NCBI RefSeq assembly: GCF_009914755.1
Contig: NC_060928.1
DNA length: 64,000 nt
Strand: one strand, 5' to 3'
Source: the human T2T-CHM13v2.0 reference genome, Homo sapiens
The translations under genes were made by a program, and so were the position numbers. Positions 57,991 through 64,000 of the stretch are shown here, piece after piece (positions within the stretch are counted from its first letter, which is position 1; each line of letters opens with the position of its first letter). The notes beneath the pieces are model-generated. The model was given only the letters and a program-made list of their open reading frames with translations. It was not told where the DNA came from and searched no databases.

Positions 57991-59904
57991 AGACAGCAGT
58001 GCTATAGTTGCCAGCTCAGGCTGAACAACATAAAGAATGATGGTAATATGTTCAGATTTTTCACAGATGATTACCTGTACTAATTGTCCATGAAGAGGAA
58101 TCAATTAAGAAGTCATCAGAATTGTAATTTTATTAAGAAATTAAGAAGAATAAGATTACAAATTTAGGAAAGCTGTATAGGGGTGGGTGACATCCTGAAG
58201 CATGGGATCACAGGTGGATGGAGTGCCACACCATCATTTTATGCATCATTTAACCAACGTTCCTTATGAAGAAATCCAGGTATGAAAAAGGTGAAGTGGC
58301 AGAGAGCCAATTAGTAAGAAGATGGGGTGGAAAGAATGCTAAATATGGAAAATATGAAGTTGGGTTTTACATGTGTCATTTAAGATTTTGGACAAGACAC
58401 AAAACCTCTATAACCCTCAATTTACTCATCTATAAAATAGGATAATTCCAACTTTGCAGATTTGTTGTAGGGAGTCAAATGATATAACTCATAAAGACTC
58501 TGCATTCCAAAGTATGCTAAGTTACTATCAGTATAAAAACACTGATTTCTAGTGTGCTGCACAGTGCTCTATCATACTAGAGTGGAAATATGCTTACGCT
58601 CACACACAAGGACAAAGCCACTAACTCACATATACTAGTGGAATTGAATTCTTCAGTAGAAAAATATGAATTCAATGAAGATCTCACAAAAACAATAAAA
58701 GAACAACCTTGCATTTAACAGAAAAGGGTTTGAAAGTATAGTCATTAACAGGGGAGGATTAAAAACATGATTGTCTTGAAAGTTCTTTTTTGTCTTTGTT
58801 TTTACCAGCTGTTTTTGTATAAAAAACAAATACTAAAATGAAACTTCATAGGGGAGGGGTCTAGGACAAAAATATCTATGAAATTTAAACCTCAATCATA
58901 TCTTCTTTATGGGGAAGAATTAAGAAAATCTCCTCTGAAATAAATCATAGCTTGTGGTAGAAAAATAAAAAAAGACTGATTAAATAATTTGCTAACAGCT
59001 ATTATGTGTACGGATGCTCAGACTTTAGTCAAAACAAATTAGAAATACATTAACTAGGTTACAAATGCTACCCTTCCTCCTAGTCACAAAGTGGAAGAAG
59101 CTTCCTGTGATAACCAGAAAGGTAAATGGCAATATAAAATCTTAATATTTAAAATGCCATATTGTAATGGGTTTCATTAAAATGTATGTTTTAAGAAACT
59201 TTCCAGTCTATAGGACTAAAGAGTGCCTAGAACTTGATACAAATGTCACCCCTGCAGCTGAATCAAGATCAGAGAAGGAACTGAAGTAGGATTTAATGCC
59301 TAAGTACACTAAGGTACTTCATTACCAGTGCTAGTTTATTAAGGAATAGCAAGTTCTCCATTTAGCTTAGAACATTCAGATGAACCAGCATGGGCAGACA
59401 AATGGTGAGAGGCTGGAGGAGACTGGGGAGCCCTCATTCCAGTGACAAATTTTTTTTTTGTTTTTGTTTTTTCCCCAGAGGCCATAAGAACAAACTCCTA
59501 TAGAATTCTCATTTACTCCAAACCAGAAATCTTCCAGCTTGTCATTAACTTACTCTGAAATCTATAGCTGAAAAACCAAAAGAATCCAACACTAACAAGT
59601 ATTTGCTCCTTTACAAAATACTCCCCTCATATTGCAGACATTAGGAGAGATGCAAAAGGAAATGATAGGATTAATAAGGAAAAAGAAAGGAGCACTGCTT
59701 ATATACACGTTTACTGGAGAAAATGTATGTATGTAAATTTCATTATGTACAAAGCAGCTTTCACTTAACTTTATGAAGTGATTAAATGGTAAACAAGATT
59801 AAAAGAGTGGTAAATACTGGCATGAGTTATTCAACCACAGCAGTGATATCACCAGTTGCGCAATTCAATCAGTGTACCAACCCAAAGGAGCCATCTGACC
59901 CCTG

Positions 59905-59936
59905 TTTCAGTGCCATCCTCTTTCAGTGCCATCCTC
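59905..59936. repeat. Perfect 16-bp tandem duplication tttcagtgccatcctc
   Basis: Two adjacent identical copies. Confidence 0.95.
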
Positions 59937-60072
59937 CTAACATCCCTAAGGGACAGCATCCAGTTCTTAAGATAGGACTAGGGAAGAGAAGGGTAAAGTA
60001 GAGATGGGAAGGAATCAAGAGGGGAAAAAAATATGCTATAGCAAAACAGAGACCAACAGGTTGAAATCATAC

Positions 60073-60223
60073 TTTCTTATCTCTCTGTTTCATCTTCACG
60101 GTTCTCTGTTCAAGCGAGTACCCCAATTCTCTGGCTGCTTCTGTGAGTTTTTCATCTATGTTTTTCAAGAGATTGATTTTCTTTTTATCCGTTATTTCTT
60201 TAAGTTTTTTCGTCAAAAATAAT
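60073..60223 (-). CDS. HPF1: HPF1 coding exon (151 nt): [50 protein letters not shown]
   Basis: ttttcag|A ... AAA|gtatga; phase 2-0; frame continuous with downstream HPF1 exons; upstream exons lie beyond the window end. Confidence 0.95.
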
Positions 60224-60578
60224 CTGAAAAAGAAGTAAAAGTCCGCATTATGTGGCAGGCCACTGTACTAAGTACAAAGACCTTTGAAAGTTGAGCCAAG
60301 GTAAAAATGTCAAATTCCATACAAGAATAAGTCCACAGAATAATTACCAACACTTCTCTCAAAATCCCTAATAGTTTTCTTCAAATAAGAGAAAAGCAAT
60401 ATTCATAAAAAACTGCCAGTCAGAGAAAGAGCAAATACGATTCAAATTTATATTAGCACTCTAATGTCTACAATAAAGGTATAAGGGGTATTTGCAAAGC
60501 TGAGATTAGTCAAGGTTTAAACTGTATCACTTGATACTAAGATATGGCATACTACTTTGGAGAAGTCTGACCTAACAG

Positions 60579-60612
60579 AAAAAAAAGTAGACATCAAAAA
60601 AAAGTAGACATC
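60579..60612. repeat. Perfect 17-bp tandem duplication aaaaaaaagtagacatc
   Basis: Two adjacent identical copies. Confidence 0.9.
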
Positions 60613-60626
60613 AAAAAAATTTTTCA

Positions 60627-61592
<966 letters not shown>

Positions 61593-62589
61593 TAGATTTT
61601 TTTTTTAATGTTGAAGTTTGTGTTAAGAAAAATTTAGAAAACACAAAAGGAAAGCAAAGCTACTTTGTAAGCTTATACAAAAGCATAATCCAAAGTAGTT
61701 CTCAAAAGTATGTGAATATATATCATGTTAATGCCACTTACGGAAATAATTTTATATTTTGTCATAAACAGGTTAAGATTTTTGCCATCAATATAAAAGG
61801 TCAGGAGTAAAATGAAGAGCGGCAAGAGTGTGCCAGACTTCCAGGAAGAAGGCTGAGGGAGTAACAACTCCTAGGAAGAAACTCACTTCTATTCACTGCC
61901 AACATCTGAGAGTTTGTAGTATTCCCTGCAACACTGTTAGGGAGTTAGAACATTTATAGTGGGTGCTAGTCTTAGCTTCATTGTACTTATCAGGAAAAAA
62001 AAAAGGCACAGAGGATAGTCAACTTACCCAAGTTGAGAGAGCTAATAGATTAAACCCGTAGAGTTACCAGTAGAACTGGTAGATTAAAATGCCACAGAAA
62101 CCCAAGCCATCAAAATCTAACTTCTGATTACAGCACACGGTTACACTAAATCTTACCTTCAATTATTACCAGCTGTATGTCTAGAGGGTATTTTTATATC
62201 AACCATAAAATACAGATTTGATCATGTCAGTCCTATGTGAATCAATCGATCTTTACAGTCTTCCTCAACACTCTGGCACGGCAATATAGCCATTCAAGTA
62301 CCCTGTGCCACGTATTTTCACACTTTCACACACATACTGCTCCCTTACCTAAAACATCCTTCTTCCCATTCTTTCTAGTAAGTTCTTAGGCATCCATCAA
62401 AGCCCACATAAAATATCCTCTTTTACCTCTGCCACTATTGAAGGCACTTGGTAGCTGCCTTCCCATACATATGACATTATTATGACTATCTCTGTAAGTT
62501 TTTGTCTCTGCCGAAACCTACTCTAACACTTTACTGTGTGATGCTTAAAGATAAGGTGCGATGTGCAACTGAAGCCATAACCATGAACG

Positions 62590-62934
62590 TGAACATTTTG
62601 TGCTGTGACTTTAAATCCATTAGAATGTCTTCAACGCAAATGAATTTGTACCCATGCATGTTATATGGCATCATGCAATGGCCCTTTGGAAATAGTGGTT
62701 TACTAAGTTATATAGATGTAAGTGTTGAAACTTATATATCAAATTCATTACATAACATTATGAAAAAAAGCTATTGCGCTCACAGTGGTATTACAAGTTT
62801 CTCAATCTAATTTTTATTTGAAACCCTGAATTTTATCACTGACAAAAAATATAGTCAGTTGTTTTCTTTGGTTCATTTGAGAGAATTCCTGCCAGTAGCT
62901 AGACCCAAATAACCAGTTTGTCAACGAGTCACTC
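62590..62934. mobile_element. Charlie-like hAT remnant, resuming after 63606
   Basis: Similar to window positions ~215-600 (aaatccatt..., aaattctatcattg versus aattttatcactg, gtcactcttt). Confidence 0.55.
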
Positions 62935-63605
62935 TTTTTTTTTTTTGCATTCCAATCTTGGGTTTATTCAACACAATTCTTCCACTCTACACAACAAAGT
63001 ACAAACACAATGTCATCTAAAATGCTACAAAGGTATAAAACTCAAAGAGAAATTTTATAGTACTGACTGTACAATAAGAGCAAAAAAGAAAAAAAAAGAA
63101 AAGCAATGTACATGTTGCCAAGATAACCTGAAAGACCACCATGAAGGACAGGCACAACCATGGCTGCAGGATGACCCCACAGAGCTGGCTCTCAACTCAC
63201 TCGCCAATTTCAGAGTAGGGTGGTGGGGTGGTGTGTGTGCATAGGTGCACGGACAGACAGAACCATGCACAGCAACTACCATGGGTGAGAGGATCTTTGG
63301 GGGTGTGTGACCCTTGAAGTCGGAAGAGGCCTCGAGAGGCCGGGCCTAACAGGGTTGGCAGCTGCACTAAACCCTGGGGCAGCTCCCTTTCCAAAAGGAC
63401 ACTGCCCAGCGACAGCAAGGGCACGGCCTGGCCACCATCCCAGGTCATCAGGGAAGGGAAAAGTGTGCTCCCAGGTAGGCAGGGTCAAAGCACCCCCAAG
63501 AGTCTTACTTGTCCCTGGTGGCTCTGCCACTGAACTGACTCTTAGAAACTGGAAATGGGTGAGCTTTCTAGCCAGAAAACCAGAGGGAATCTTGACAGGC
63601 ACACA
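62935..63605 (-). pseudogene. 5'-truncated processed retrocopy of an unidentified mRNA 3'UTR
   Basis: T12 at 62935-62946; AATAAA (minus strand) at 62963-62968, 16 nt from the tail; 18-bp target-site duplication gtcaa(c/t)gagtcactcttt at 62920-62937 and 63606-63623; GC-richer than flanks; not recognised as a TE. Confidence 0.8.
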
Positions 63606-63811
63606 GTCAATGAGTCACTCTTTCTAAAAGTGGGGAAAAGTTCATCTCAAAATTCAATCATACAAGGGCTTTTTTTTCCCTTGAGACAAACCACAGTACT
63701 TCAGTATGAGAAATGCTTTCTATGTATTTCCTATTTCATCACAGAATGTTAAAGAGATGAACTCAATGGTAGACATCTAATACATGTATACTCCAACACT
63801 GACATTTTTCA

Positions 63812-63908
63812 GGCACAGGGTCTTGCTATGTCGTTTAGGATGAACTTGAACTCCTGGGCTCGAGCAATGCTCCCACCTCAACATCCCGAGTAGCCACCAT
63901 GCCTGGCT
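63812..63908 (-). mobile_element. FLAM-like Alu monomer
   Basis: acagggtcttgctatgtc...gaactcctgggctcgagcaat...ccaccatgcctggct. Confidence 0.75.
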
Positions 63909-64000
63909 CCATCACAAACATTTTTAAATACATTTGCATGTTACTGCTGTGAATAATGCAATGACTGCTGCTACCCTGGTGGCACTATCTTGATTCCTGC

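Noticed and set aside
57658-58104. 148-aa hydrophobic minus-strand ORF
   Set aside because: Antisense reading of A-rich old L1 sequence; compositional artefact
62918-63627. Several ~100-aa ORFs in the GC-rich block
   Set aside because: Overlapping ORFs on both strands reflect higher GC in the retrocopied UTR; no homology recognised

Overview
Primate (human-like) genomic DNA, AT-rich and Alu-dense, holding the 3' parts of two convergent genes. On the + strand is CLCN3 (endosomal Cl-/H+ exchanger ClC-3). Ten constitutive coding exons (5764-38100) splice into one open frame of 2139 nt including the stop. A 76-nt cassette exon (35895-35970) shifts the last exon into a second frame ending in the PDZ-ligand motif STTL, and a 3'UTR of about 3.2 kb follows. 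On the - strand are the last four coding exons of HPF1 (C4orf27, the PARP1/2 serine-ADP-ribosylation cofactor; 60223 down to 47694). The rest is intron or intergenic DNA filled with Alu, L1, L2, MIR, MLT1/MER50 LTRs and Tigger/Charlie/MER DNA transposons. Almost all ORF-track entries are repeat artefacts. I found no evidence of a wholly new gene system. The best leads are: (1) a 3'UTR-only processed retrocopy with intact AATAAA, inserted in sense orientation in an HPF1 intron; (2) the CLCN3 cassette exon, which looks like an old duplicate of the terminal exon, swaps the CBS2 nucleotide-binding Asp for Asn and sits behind a YCAY cluster; (3) an 81-nt exon carrying the proton glutamate, bracketed by inverted Alus; (4) a tandem 3' splice site that is open in both reading frames; (5) a candidate HPF1 poison micro-exon; (6) a CTCF-like site between the genes. 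Exon boundaries were read by hand from GT/AG signals and phase. Repeat subfamilies and boundaries come from recalled consensus sequences and are approximate. Residue numbers assume the 818-aa ClC-3 and 346-aa HPF1 reference lengths.
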